This document shows positions 1 to 23,130 of a DNA stretch of 64,000 bases, piece after piece (within the stretch, counting starts at the first letter, position 1; every line of letters starts with the position of its first letter). The stretch lies in NCBI RefSeq assembly GCF_009914755.1, contig NC_060925.1; one strand, written 5' to 3'. The position numbers were made by a program, and so were the translations under genes. Source of the DNA: the human T2T-CHM13v2.0 reference genome, Homo sapiens. The notes beneath the pieces were generated by a model that made no database searches, was not told where the DNA came from, and worked only from the letters and a program-made list of their open reading frames with translations.

Positions 1-1008
1 ATGAGTCAATCTTTGGGTAGTTTAAATGTGGCCCAGTAAGAGGTGCTGTCCCTGGGCAGGGAGATGACTCTCTTCCCCTCTCCAGGTTTTTGTTCCCTTT
101 GAATTGCGGCTGTTAAGAAAGCATAAAGTCATCTGCTTAAATCATTAAATTACAGTGCCAATATTAAGGAGTCAGACCTGGGCTTGAATCTCTGCTCTGC
201 GAATCAGTAGCTTGAAAATCTTAGGACAGTTACATAACATCTCCAGGCCTGTTTTCTCATAAGTAAAAAGTGGGGTCGATATCTATCTCACTGGATTACT
301 GAGAGGATTAGAGGTAATGCATGGGAAAGGTTTAGTTCCCAGGAGCACTCTAGAAATATTATTATATCTACTGTAATTATCAGGAACAAGGTCACTTACT
401 GTTGACTTACCTCCAAAGTTTAGGGGTTCACTCATTCATTTGTTGATTGTTTCAATGATATGTGGCGGGCACTCTACTAGGTGTGGGAGCCAGAGACATG
501 GATGCTTCAATGTGACAACAGTGATGATGATGGAACGTTAAGGGTATGGGCCCAGGAGTTTAATGGAGCCGGGTTCCACTAGCTGAGTAATCTTGGGTAT
601 GTAACCTAACCATTTGATGCCTCCGTCTCCTTGAGCAAAGTGGGGCAGCAGGAAGACGGTCAATCTCACAAGATTGTTGTGGGGTTTAAATGAGATGGTC
701 CATGGCAAATGCTTAGTACAGTACCTGACACAGAGTAAGCCCTCCATGTGTGTTGGTTACTATTGTTACTGATTAGTTACTATTGTCATCATCATCATTG
801 CCGTCACCTTACGAGGAAGTTTATTTAAGAAGCCTGTGACTGACAGTGCAACTTCAAGTAGGCTGGCTCGATGGAATGGGCTGCTTCAGAAAGTGGGTCA
901 GTGTCCGAGAGGCACTTTCAGTTAAGTGACTACAGAGATGACTCTGTAAGGTTGATTCCTTCTGAAGGCTTTTGAGTCCCTGCTGGACAGCAGAGCTTCC
1001 CCATCTAA

Positions 1009-1772
<764 letters not shown>

Positions 1773-1880
1773 TAAATCCCACAACAGCCTTAGGAAGCTG
1801 ATTTTGTTGCATTGCCATAGGATTCCTTGAATTCTGCTGGCCGGCAAGGCACTCTGAGGAGGGGAAGTTAAACAGCTACT

Positions 1881-2011
1881 TTTTTTTTTTTTTTTAAGAG
1901 ATGGGGTCTCCCTATGTTGCCTAGGCTGGTCTCGAACTCCTGGGCTCAAGTGATCCTCCCGCCTCAGCCTCCCAAAGTGCTGGGGTTACAGGTATGAGCC
2001 ACCCTGCCCAG
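1881..2011 (-). mobile_element. Free left Alu monomer (FLAM-like) about 35 nt from the exon 9 donor
   Basis: Single arm with poly-T tail; flanking duplication AACAGCTACTT near 1871 and 2014. Confidence 0.8.
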
Positions 2012-2027
2012 CAACAGCTACTTGTTA

Positions 2028-2414
<387 letters not shown>

Positions 2415-2934
2415 TTAAGACTAGTCAAATGCTACATCCTCTCTAAAGCCTTCTCTCACTCCCCAGGCACGGGAATCCTAACACAGCACTCACCACTTAG
2501 TATTGCAACTTGTCAACTTCTCTTTCTCACGGATTGTGACATTGTTGACGGCAGGGACTAAGTGTTTTTGTCCCTGTCTCCCCAGTGTCTAGCACCAAGA
2601 ACGTGCTGATAAATGTCGAATGACGGAACAGATGAAGGTTGAATGCTTGAGCATCATGGCTTCTTACTGCCTGCCCCAGCCTGACTTTCCCCAGGAAGCC
2701 TTCTCTGCTCAATGCCTCTGAAATTTTCAGTTTAAGGATACCCAGAACCCTCTTCTCTCAACACGATCTCTGGTTGCATGTCCTGTGGTCATTTCTAATC
2801 TATAGACATTGACAGTAATCTTGGGCATCTCTGTAATCATAGGTGGACGTAGCAATGAGCCGGAATCAGAAAGCAAGCTCTAGTTCTACTGTTTCCTAAT
2901 GCATGATTCAGGCCACATCACTGTCTTCCTTGAT

Positions 2935-4862
<1,928 letters not shown>

Positions 4863-6257
4863 CCCCCAGCTGTTATTAAAGCCAGATGACATATGCAGAT
4901 GGTCCTCACATCTGCCCCTCTGCCTGATGCAGGGCCCCTTCCTTCCTCATTGTCCTCCCGGTCCCTTTCAATATAATTTAATTCAATGAGCATTTATAGA
5001 GAGCTACTATATGCTGCTGCATTGCCCTGGAGATCCAGAGAGAAGCAGCTTTTTCCTAGGAATACCCTCCCAGTGTATTCCCATTTAACCTGGTACCTCT
5101 GCTCTCTTCACATGTGAAGGCCCAGGGGGAGCTAAAGGGAATGGCTGCAGCTATGCATTCTCACCCCTTCTTTGGTGACCCGGAATGAGTCCCTTGCCCT
5201 CCTACAGCATCAGTTTCTTCTCTGTACAAAGAAGGGGTTGATTTTGATCCTCTTGCACGCAACCCCTCTTACAAGAGGGACAATTTTGAAAATGTTTATG
5301 GGAAACATTAGTTAAAATGAAACATTAGCTGTATTGAGTCTTATGGGACAGGAGTTGTAGGTGACTAGAATACCTTGAAAACCAGAAAGTAATCTATAAA
5401 CATCGGCTTCTGGCCGTCACTAGGGTTGCTATCAGATGAAGTATGCAACGGTGACTTTGCCATCGGGTTAGGTTACTATCTGCAATCTCTCTGGGGGAGT
5501 GTAGGACAGTGGTGCTTAATATATTGTTAGGAGTCCATTTTCCATAAGTCTCTTGCTTTTTTGCACATCTTGTGAGTAAAGCACACCACAATCTGCCCTT
5601 TTGCTCTAGACTATCTTTTTAAGGCTGTTTATATAGTGAACAGCCTTGGAAGCTGGAGATATTGTCTTCTTTGGAGAAAAGGGCAGGCAGGCTTACTGTC
5701 CATTATCAAAGCTTCAGGTTCCCTACACTCAGGTGTCCTGTCCTGCAACGCAGCCCACTCCATGCTTAGCTTTGTGGCCCTCCTCACACTGCCCTGTGGG
5801 AGCTGGGATTTGGGCAATGCTGATACTGTGGCTACTGCTTCGGCTGTGGGTAATACACAGTCCTTTGTCTCGGGCACAGAAGTCTCATGTCTTCTGCCAG
5901 CATCCACAAAACTGTAGCAGGCTACCTTGTTAGCTTTAACGTGGGGTAAAAGCCCAGACTCTTCACAGTTCTCAACAGTTACCTTATCATCTATGATCAC
6001 TCCAGGGGAAAGGAGAGTTAAACATACTCCATTCATTCCTGTAGGTTCAAAAAATGGGCAAATGACCTTTTGAGGAGTCCCCGTTGTTCCATGTGGAGCC
6101 TTGTCTAACTCAAAGCCCTTCTGGGTAAGGACCACACCCCCACCCTGTGTTCTCAAGCAGAGGGCCCCAGAAGATGAATAGAGACATTCCAACCCTCTGT
6201 GCTGCCTTTGCTGTCTTAAGATCCTTTTTGGAGTGAACCCCAATCAGCTTGTATTTA

Positions 6258-6604
<347 letters not shown>

Positions 6605-7572
6605 TTAAAAAGTTATCAGAGGTGTCTAGAGTAACAAATGGGCTACTTTGGTAGTGCATGAGTTTCCTGACACTGGAGGTCCTGGAGCTGGAGACCAAGC
6701 AAAGAAGCAGGAGACCACCTGGTAGGATTTTGCAAAATAATAAGGGGTAGACCTAGGTGACATTTAAGGGCTCTTCTGACCTAAGGCACAAGTGACCCAG
6801 TGAATTAGTGGAGCCCACGTGTCCTGAATCTCTGGCTATTACATTTGTGTAGGGCCCTACTGGGTCTTCGCAGCAACTGCTGCTCCCAGCCTGGCCCATA
6901 GCACTGCTCCTGGGGACTGGGGCATGATTTGTGTGTCTGGAATAATACCACTCACAATTGTTGGTGCAGAGGTAAGGCAGATAGGAGTGTTTTGGGATCT
7001 GGTTATTTCAAGGGCTGAGGCAGCATGCCAGGTTGATTGATAATGACCTGCAGAACTCTATAATAAGCCTCTGAGCTAAGCTGAGGCCTGGAAAGTGGGA
7101 ATCCTCACACCCCTAGGAATGATCAGCCAGTGCTTCTGTCTGCCCTGGCTATCCACACTTTCCCTCAGTCTGAGGACTCATGACCTTGTTAAAAGGCTTT
7201 GGGGTGACAGAGGTGAGAACTTCTTTAAAGGACTGGACCTCCAAAGAGCCTAGTTAGGTGCCTGTGGGCCAAGATCAAGGTGGGTCACCTGTGAGGGCTT
7301 TCTTAGAGCAGCCAACTAGCAAATGCCTTCTCAAGATGGCAACTGGGAATGTTGGTTCTAGAGGTTGCATCCAGATGGAATTTGCTCAGTTTCAGACTGG
7401 GACTTATATTAGAAGCTCACTGACCTCTGTGCAAGCTGTGCAAGCTCCTGGCTGGGTCTCGGGAGCCTATAAGGAAAACTGAATATTCAGGCTTTGCCTG
7501 ATGCCATTTGGAGGTCCCAGCCTCCTTGGGTTAAAAACTACATGGATCTGCATGGAATTTCTCACCCCACTA

Positions 7573-7869
<297 letters not shown>

Positions 7870-7944
7870 TTAGAAAGCCATGGACTAGAGCAATGCTTTC
7901 CACAGCTGGAGCCAGTGGTTTACATTTGTAGCAGCCTTTAAAGA

Positions 7945-8283
7945 TGGTTTCTTTTCTTTTCTTTTTTTTCTTTCTTTCTTTTTTTTTTTTTTTTTTTTTG
8001 AGACAGAGTCTTGCTCTGTCACCCAGGCTGGAGTGCAGTGACTCAATCCCGTCTCACTGCAACCTCCACCTCCCAGGTTCAAGCAATTCTGCTGCCTCAG
8101 CCTCCTGAGTAGCCGGGATTACAGGCGTGCACCACCACACCTGGCTAATTTTTTTTGTATTTTTAGTAGAGACGGGGTTTCACCATGTTGGTCAGGCTGG
8201 TCCCGAACTCCTGACTTCGTGATCCACCCTCCTTGGCTTCGCAAAGTGCTGAGATTACAGGCATGAGCCACCGCGCCCAGCCA
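7945..8283 (-). mobile_element. AluS
   Basis: Long T-rich tail and two-arm Alu consensus. Confidence 0.9.
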
Positions 8284-8806
8284 GCTGGTTACTTTTCTTG
8301 ACAAGTTTTCTGAGGATACCCAGCAAGGGAGGCCCACAACAAAGCCAGAGATGGCCAAAGGGCCAGTGGCCATGACTTCATCTCCTAAACTGGAGCACAA
8401 GATGTTATTCCCATTTTACAGATGAGGACACTGAGGGCCAGAGAAGTTACATTGTCCACTCATGTGAAGGTGAAGTGGGTCAGGAACACTCAGGTCTGTC
8501 CGGCTCTGGTGCTCATCCCTCACCTGCCCATATGCCTGGAATGCCACCCACGGCTGTGCATTTTGGGTTTCACACTCACTAGCTCACGTTTGTGTGTAAC
8601 AAACTAATGGCTGTGTTTGTAGGTCCTTTCCAAGGGCCTAGGGGTCTACTGTGCCAAGTACCAGGAGGGTGAACAACACCATGGGATAAACGTGGGAAAT
8701 CTTCTAGGAACAACCATCTCACTTGAAAAATGGAGGGAAAAAAAACTCCACAATTTTTATATTAAAACAATTAAGAATTACATTTCACAATACAATGGAA
8801 ACCTAG

Positions 8807-9753
<947 letters not shown>

Positions 9754-9984
9754 CAAACCTGACATATTTTTAAGACTAAGTAGTAAATGAGAACTTTAAA
9801 GAAAGTTCTGCTTTGTAGCCCTGGGGATATGTATCCATATTCCTCCCCACCTAAGGAGAGGTAGGGGATCATCAGGCATAGACCGATAACTGTTAAGTAA
9901 ATGACCCCACCTCTCAAGGGTGATGGGAAAATCAAACGTCTTTGTACTGTTACTTATCTGAAAAAATTATGTTGCTCTTTTTAT

Positions 9985-11973
<1,989 letters not shown>

Positions 11974-13189
11974 TAGAAGATACTTCAGAGCAGCCATCAG
12001 GCAGCAAAGCCAACTCTCCCTGGAGGTGACAGAGGAGCAAGGCTCTCGACAGAGCATCCTCTGACTCAATAAGCCCTGCAAGGGCATTTGGCAAAATAAA
12101 GGACGGATCACTTGGGGTTGAGCCGGCAGAGGTGCACTCTGGCTCTATTCTCAATAATGAGTCACTTCTGTACACCCCTTTACAGTTTGTAATTTTTTTT
12201 TCTGGATGCTTAACAACTGCTTCTAAGGACACCCCAGGTTTGAGAGTGTGACAGATCTGTCATCCTCAATATCCCTTCTACAGAAGAGAGAAAGTAACGA
12301 CTCTCTCAACCCATTCTCCCCAACCCCCTTCTTACTTTACCTTTATGCTATTTAGCTATTTCACTATGTTAAAGGGAAAAGTTTCCAAACCACTTTAAAG
12401 TCGATGAGTATTAAGTGAATTCTTAGCATCAGCAGATATTTATACCACCCAAATTTTAGTTGTTTCTTCTCTGTCCTGGCCTGGCCCACCCAGAAACTTC
12501 TAACAGGCTACAAGACTGTGAGCTACCTAAAGACAAGGGCCATATGTTACCAGTCTTTGGATTCTTCATGCACATAATGGATGTTCCCAAAGTCTCAGTG
12601 TCCCAGAAGCATAGATAGGGTAGTAGAAAAAGCCCAGATTAAGAGACTGATCGATCTTGGTTTGAATTCTGGATTAGCTTCTTACAGGCTCTGTGACCTT
12701 CACTGCATTACCTGACATCTCTGAGCCTCAGTTTCCTCACTGGAAAAGGCAATTAAGATCTGCTTCACAATTCCTGCATGGATTGTACATGACAGTGTAT
12801 ATGTATATCGCACTAAGCCCAGTGTCTGGGATGAGGATGACATTGAAAAAGCAGTAGCTGCTTTATTCACATTCTACACTGATGGCTTCTAACGTTGAAT
12901 ACAGTAACAGAACACAGAGCCATGCTCCATTTAATTATGTGCCTTTCTCAATTGATCTACCATTTCGATGGTATCCATGCATCCATGAAGAACTGAAATC
13001 AATAACATCAGCTCACTGTTAGCTATAATTTAATCTTCTTTTGATGATGTGAAAATCAGAAACAACTTCAGGCTGTCATTATGTACGTTGCCTTTCCCGT
13101 TCAGCTGAAGAGACTCAAAGCTGCTTAGCAGAATTTTGAAGACTTGGAAGTTTACTGGAATTTAACCTAGCTCCCGAGAGTCATCCATC

Positions 13190-13700
13190 GCTCATTCATT
13201 TAACAGACGTTTTCACTCAACACCTACTAGGAACCAGGAACTGGTCTAGGTGTTAGGGAAACAGATAAGACAGACAGGAGCCCCTTTTGAGTGAATTAAC
13301 ATTCTGTTGGGTAGAAATGAAAAGCAAAGAGTGTCTCAAGAAAGAAAGAGGGTTCTCCCCTAGAGAGAGGTAGGGGCAGCCACTTTAGACAGAGGCACCA
13401 GGAAGACTTTTGAGGAGGTGACATTGGGGCTGTGACTTGAATGACGAGAAGGAGCCAGTCACAAGAAGAGCCTCAGGGGGAAGAGTCCAGGTAGAAGGCA
13501 AATACAAAAATCCCAGGAGGGAATGACCTTGGTGAGTGAGGCCAGCGTGGCTGGAGTGGAGGGAAGGAGGAGAGCGTGGTGGCAGCAGAGACGGCCCAGG
13601 CAGGTGGGAGCCAGGGCAGGTGGGGTCCTGAAGGCCAGGCTGAAGAAGCCGCCTCTCATGCTAAGAGCAATAGGAGGCCACAGGAGGGATTTCAGCCAGA
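13190..13700. mobile_element. L2 fragment
   Basis: CATTCATTTAACAGACGTTT...CACCTACTAGGAACCAGG followed by a purine-rich L2 3' region (GAGGAGGTGACATTGGGGCTG). Confidence 0.65.
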
Positions 13701-13759
13701 CAGGACCCAAGTTAGGGAAAGCCGTTGGATCCTAAATTCAGACTTTTGATGTTCATTGA

Positions 13760-14145
<386 letters not shown>

Positions 14146-14261
14146 CCAGTATTGACTTTAAACCCTGGTAGCACACTTAGTTATTGGGTGATCTAGGGCA
14201 AGTTTGCTGACTTTTCTGAATGTCACTTTCATGGTCTGTAAAGTGGGATAATCATCCTATT

Positions 14262-14392
14262 CTAATAATAAATTTTTATTATTAAATGAAATAATTATAT
14301 TCATTATTATATAAATTATAATTATAAAGACAATATAATTTATAATTAATATAATTTATAAATATAATTTATCATAAATTTAAATTATATTT
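14262..14392. repeat. AT-rich low-complexity tract
   Basis: About 130 nt almost entirely A/T (TATAATT-like units). Confidence 0.85.
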
Positions 14393-14825
14393 AGCAGGTG
14401 CTAAATACTTAGCAGAAGGCCACATCTGTGGGGATCATTTGGGGTTTTAAACCTCTTGTATGTACCCTGCTAGACAGCCCCATACAGCTTTCCTAAACTC
14501 ATAGATGACATTTGACCGAGGCCCATGCACTTTCGCTCAGCCTCATCATGCACCTGTCTTTGATTGACTGTTAACTACCCCTTTCCAGTCTGTAACCCTG
14601 ATTCTACTCTCACTTTCCTGAGGAGATCGAGGCCATCTGAGGCCAGTGGCCTCCACCTCCCTGCTCTCCTCAACATCTCTCTGCACTGTTACCCACTTTC
14701 TCCTTTTTTTGCTTCCATCTCAGAGAAATGAATAGCCCAGCGTCTTGCCTCGGCTGCCCTCACCTGCCTCCGCTGTGGAGTCCAGGCTTTCCCGGCTCCT
14801 CCCAGACCTTGCTTTGCCAAGTGGC

Positions 14826-15027
14826 TTCTCTCTTTTGTATCTTTCACCTTCCTCCTTCTCTCTCTCTGATTCTCTGTCAGTCTCTATCTCTTCCTTTTTC
14901 TCTCCCTCTCTCTCTTTTTCTGCCTGTCTGTCTCTCATTCTCTTCCTCTCCATCTCTCTCTTTGTCTGTCTCTCTGTCTCTCATTCCCTGTCTCTGTCCC
15001 CCACCTTATCTGTTCCTCTTCTTTCTT
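14826..15027. repeat. (TC)n / CT-rich low-complexity tract
   Basis: Degenerate TCTC repeats; source of the spurious Ser/Leu- and Glu/Arg-rich ORFs. Confidence 0.85.
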
Positions 15028-15721
15028 GGATTCTTCTTCTCAGTCAAAAAATATGTTCAGAGCTCCTCTCCCCAAACAAACACACAAAACCAACTCTCCG
15101 AAGGCTCTCCCACCTCCTTCAGCCAAGACACCCCATCGCTGCCTTCCCCAAGCCTGTCGCTTTGCTCCTTCCACTCTGCTAGCTGGTTTCCTCCCAACAT
15201 GCCCCTAAAGCAGCTGTCTCCAAAGTCACCAGTGGCACTCTCCGTCCCCTCCATCTGCCAAACCCAGGCATCATCCTTCAGGGACCCTGCAGAATCTGAC
15301 ACAGTTGACAATCTTTGTTTTTCATGGGCTGTTCTTCCCCATCAGCCACAATCCTCTTATTTCTTCTAGTTATCACACGACTGCCTGGGTCTCCTCCACT
15401 GACGTGCTCTCTCTCTCTCTGCACAGGATAACCAAGAGCAAAAGAGGACTCCTCTCCTAAAGGCCTCATTGCATGTGCTCTGGCTGGCCCCACCCAAAGC
15501 TCTGTTGCCCTTTCATTTTGCATCTGGAATTCTCAATAGCCTTTGCACATTTCCGCAGAGATGATCCACTGGAAACTAAAAATCTGCCCCAAACTGAATT
15601 ATCCTTTCTGCTTCCTCCACATTTGGTCCTTCTCCTCTTGCAGCCCACTGCCTTCTCAACCATCCAGGCTTGACAGAGAGCTCCAACTCACCTCACCAGT
15701 CCGGCACTACCCTCCCAATGG

Positions 15722-16026
<305 letters not shown>

Positions 16027-17016
16027 CCTCCCAATGGCTTTTTGCTGTTTGGTTCCTACCATCCTCACCTATTACAAGCCCTCACTACCTCTCTGTGGAC
16101 CTCTGCAATGGCCTCCTGTCTGCCCTGCCACCTCCTCTCCTGCTCCCTTCACTAACCCACCCCTACTGTCAAATGACTCTTTTAGAGAATTACCCTGGTT
16201 ATGGAGTTTCCTACAAAAAAATCTGCACTGACTTCCTGGGACCTTCCAAGCAGGGTTCAGCCTGGCACTCCAGGTCTTCCATTTCTCTATGTGGTGGCTC
16301 CAACTCACCCTTCCAACCTTAATTCCCATCCCATCCAAACTAGAAGCTTTCTAGTCTCCAGGCATTTTTCCCTGTCTAACCTCCATGGAGTTCCTTCTGC
16401 CTGGAAGACTGTCTGCCTGCTGGAGCCCTACCTGCTCCAGTGCACCTTTGCCGCTCCCTGAACTAGACACGCTCTCATTTCAGTTCCTAAATCGCATTCT
16501 CTATCTCTCTTTCATGAGCCACCATCCAGCTCCATCCCAATTGCTAGGCTGTGAGCTCCCAAGAAGCAGAGGGCTCACCTAGCTCACCTTTGCATCCCTG
16601 GTAGTAGCCAGTATGGACCTCATGTGTAGTCAATAAATATCTAATGAAAGATGAATGAATCAAGTTGAGTCAAATTGGTCAAATGGAGCCATTACCTTTG
16701 TTAAAAAGTATCTTCTGAAGATGGGAAAATGCCATTTTCCCTAGAGGCAGTACGGTATATAGCTCTGGAGGTGGACAGAGTACAAAACCTGACTCTACCC
16801 TTGACCAGCGCTGTAACTTGAGCAAGTTTTATAACTCTTGAGCCTCAGTTTCCTTAGCTGCAACGTGAGAACAATACCCACATCACAGGAATGCTGTGAA
16901 GAACAAATGAGGCAAACACAGGCAAAGTGGTCTAGTCCAGTTCCTGGAACACAGAGGGAACTTTCAACAGTGAAGCATTTCCTTGACAGAAAGAAATGTG
17001 GTATAAGAATTGCCCT

Positions 17017-18000
<984 letters not shown>

Positions 18001-18670
18001 TTATTCCTGAAGGGCTCAGAGCTGGTGGGGTTAGGAATGCAGCAACATACTTTGTACTTGTGCGATCAGCCCCCTCTGGGAGTGGAAAGGAAGACTGGGA
18101 GGACAGCCTAGTAACCAGTAACAAGGCACTTAACTGGAAAAAGTTTGAGTCTGCGGGAAGTTTAGCTCACACCCCCCAGTAAGAAGTTTAGCTCAAACCC
18201 CTGGTATGCGCACAATTACAAAGGCCCTCTCCTTCCCCCTCACACAGCCAGCCCACAATGACCTTTCCCCAGACTCTACCAGGACACCTGCGTGTGTTTA
18301 ATAGGCATAGCTGGAAAATCGCAACATCTTACTAATGGGAAACATGCATGCGAAAGCAAACAACATCTCCAATTTATGCTTGAAATAAAACCCAAACAGG
18401 TGTGCTTGACATGTTTGGCTTTTAAGCTTTCCAAGGACCTTGAGAGTAAATGGTTTAAGAACCCACGGCAGGACCCTGCTATCTGCAGCATTCAGCTCCT
18501 CTGGGACCATGAACGAGAAGAGTTCCAGAGCCAATGACATCAACTCTTGTGTGTGACATGAGCTCAGTGTTTAAAGGGTATTTACCTAATGGGGAAGAGA
18601 AGCTATTGAGAAATGATTATGATAAATGATTGCATACTCATGCTGGGAAGAGTCCTAGACTTGGGAGTCA

Positions 18671-20126
<1,456 letters not shown>

Positions 20127-20860
20127 TAGGGAACAACTATTTGTCAAATCAGCTAAGATAAAATAACAAAAATGAGTTGGGTAAGAAATAAATGCTGATG
20201 AATTGATCGTTTTTACTTCTAGGGCTCTTTTGCAAAGGAGAGCAAAATGGCTTTTAAAAATGCTTACGGGTTGTTCCACCATGGGTCTTACAGCTGCTCT
20301 CATAACTTGGGAAAATGTGTCTGTGCCAATATCCCTTGATTAAAAGTAGAATCACTATGTGTTTAAATCTCTGTAAGCCATGAAGGTGTGAAGGAGCCAA
20401 TGCATATTTTCTTGTTTTCAGTCTCTTGACCCAGAGGTACACTTCAAGAAAAACAGTAATGACTACAGAATTAAACGTCAGGGTTTGAGAGGAATGGAAA
20501 CATGCCATCCACCACCTTCATTTTATTGATGAAGAAACAGAGGCCCTGAGCATCGAACTGACTTGCCTAATATCTCACAGATGAGGGTCCTGGGAATAGA
20601 ACCTTCAGTTCCCATTCTACATGCTTTTCACACTCTGTCCACAGTCCTCTCAAACCACAGGGCCATCGTGAGCCTAAGCCACAGAGTTTGATGACAGACA
20701 CTCATGGTGCATTGCCTAATGACACATGGGAAGCGCCTCTGAGCCCCCGGCCTGCTTTCTTGTGCATATCCATGGGCTCCACTTCCTCAGTGTGACCCAT
20801 CACTTCAGGCAGCAGTGCTTGGGTAAAGGAGAGAACACCCAGAGGAAATGGGCCCTGGCC

Positions 20861-21219
20861 TGCACACTCACACCACTGCCTCACACTGTGCATTGCACAC
20901 TCACGCCACTCACACCACTGCACACACACCACTGCTTCACACTGTGCACTGTACACTCACACCACTGCCTCACACTGTGCACCGTACGCTCACACCAATG
21001 CACACCCACACCACTGCCTCACACTGCATGCTCACACCACTGAACATTCACACCACTGCCTCACACTCACACCACTCACACCACTGCACACTCACACCAC
21101 TGCCTCACACTGCACACTCACACCATTCACATCACTGCACACCCACACTACTGCCTCACACTGTAAACTGCACACTCACACCACTGCACACTCACACCAC
21201 TGCCTGCCTCACACCACTG
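20861..21219. repeat. Complex minisatellite built from CACACT / CACCACTG / CCTCACACTG units
   Basis: Repeated ctcacaccactgc(ctcacactg)cacac over about 360 nt. Confidence 0.92.
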
Positions 21220-21294
21220 AATGGGACCAAAGTCACCCTGGCAGAGCTAACGTCTTAAACAGAAGGGAAATCTTTACATGACAATGAAAAATTA

Positions 21295-21417
<123 letters not shown>

Positions 21418-22089
21418 TTATATAATCATTTTCAAGTTGATAAACAAGACTTTCACTCTCCTCCTCTTTCACATCTCAGCAGCTCAAAAATCCAAACTGG
21501 GCAACTGCCCTAGGAGAGGGTGAGCTTCAAAAATCTGGAGTGACCATGGTGTGTGCCGATGTGACTTGGCTTCTGAATGCTTCTGAAGATGAGCCGAGTG
21601 TGTTGCCCATTTAATCCTGCTTTTGTCAGGGGCTGGGGCCAATAACCAAAGCATTTAGGTGGGGGGTCGTGGTAGGGGGTGGTGGACAGGCCCACCTGCA
21701 TTTCCTGGCATGCTGGGAAGGGGAGGCCTGTCTTTCTGACTTTGAACCAAACATTTTCTGCCTGGGTGACTGGAAAAAAAAATCAAAGAATCCAATCCAT
21801 ACCAGAAACTTTCTTCAGGTTATTCTTCCATGAAGGACACCATAAGTACTAACAGAGTCAGTAATATGAGACTCGTTGAAGCTGGGGTGTCCACAGTGAC
21901 AAGCACTCTTCCTGTGTTGATCTGAAGGCAGGCTCAGCACCAAGAGGCCTCAGGTGAGGCTTAAGGGCACTGCTGGGCTCAAACTCCTAACCTCAAGGGA
22001 TCCTCCCATCTCAGCCTCCCAAACTGCTGGGATTACAGCTATAAGCTGTGGTGCCTGGCTGCTCCCATCACTTTAAAAGACACATCACC

Positions 22090-22389
22090 AGCCAGGCGCG
22101 GTAGCTCATGCCTATAATCCCAGCACTTTGGGAGGCTGAGGCGGGTGGATCACAAGGTCAGGTGTTCAAGATCAGCCTGGCCAACATAGTGAAACCTCGT
22201 CTCTACTAAAAAATACAAAAAAATAGCTGAGGATGGTGGTGAGCACCTGTAGTCCCAGCTACTCAGGAGACTGAGGCAGGAGACTCACTTGAACCCAAGA
22301 GGCAGAGGTTGCAGTGAGCCGAGATCGTGCCACTTCACTCCAGCCAGGGTGACAGTGCAAGACTCCGTCTCAAAAAAAAAAAAAAAAAG
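22090..22389 (+). mobile_element. AluS (preceded by a short minus-strand Alu fragment at about 21975-22060)
   Basis: TSD AAAAGACACATCAC. Confidence 0.9.
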
Positions 22390-22857
22390 ACACATCACTT
22401 TAAAAGCCAGCATGGTCAACAGGACAGGCAGAAAAGCTTATGGGTAACAATGAGAAGGACTGGGGCCAGGGTCCCTATTCTGCTAGCTGCGTCCCCACAC
22501 TTCCCTAAGTCTCTGTTTCCACAACTGTAGAGTGGGGAGGTCACAATAACTTCTGTCCTGCAGGACTGTTGGAAGTTGTGTATATAGGATAATACTTGTA
22601 AAGTCCTTCACAGTTTCAGCACTAGGTAAATGTTGACTTTACAGGTAGATATCGGCTGTGACAGTACATTCCACGAAAGCAGGAGCCATATATCTACTTT
22701 ATTCAACCAGTGCACAGTGTGGGCATGAAACAGAGACTTAAACAACACTGGCAAATGGATGGGTACATGAATGAACAAATGATCGCATGAACGGGTAGAT
22801 ATATGCCCTTGACCTTTTTCAGAGGAACAAGTGCCCGCATTTGTGTCCATTTGCTCA

Positions 22858-23130
<273 letters not shown>

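Noticed and set aside
13034-13111. C/D-box snoRNA-like layout (TGATGA 13042-13047, CTGA 13105-13108, short TCTTC/GAAGA stem) and a nearby TACCAT-TTCG-ATGGTA hairpin
   Set aside because: Lies antisense to the host transcript, has no recognisable rRNA/snRNA guide, and such short motifs are expected by chance. A snoscan/Rfam search would settle it.
14720-15369. 213-aa and 145-aa Ser/Leu-rich ORFs
   Set aside because: Arise from the (TC)n low-complexity tract and L2 remnants.
20702-21258. His/Thr/Cys-rich ORFs and a superficially CRISPR-like repeat array
   Set aside because: Eukaryotic minisatellite with no unique spacers and no cas genes; the ORFs are by-products of the repeat.
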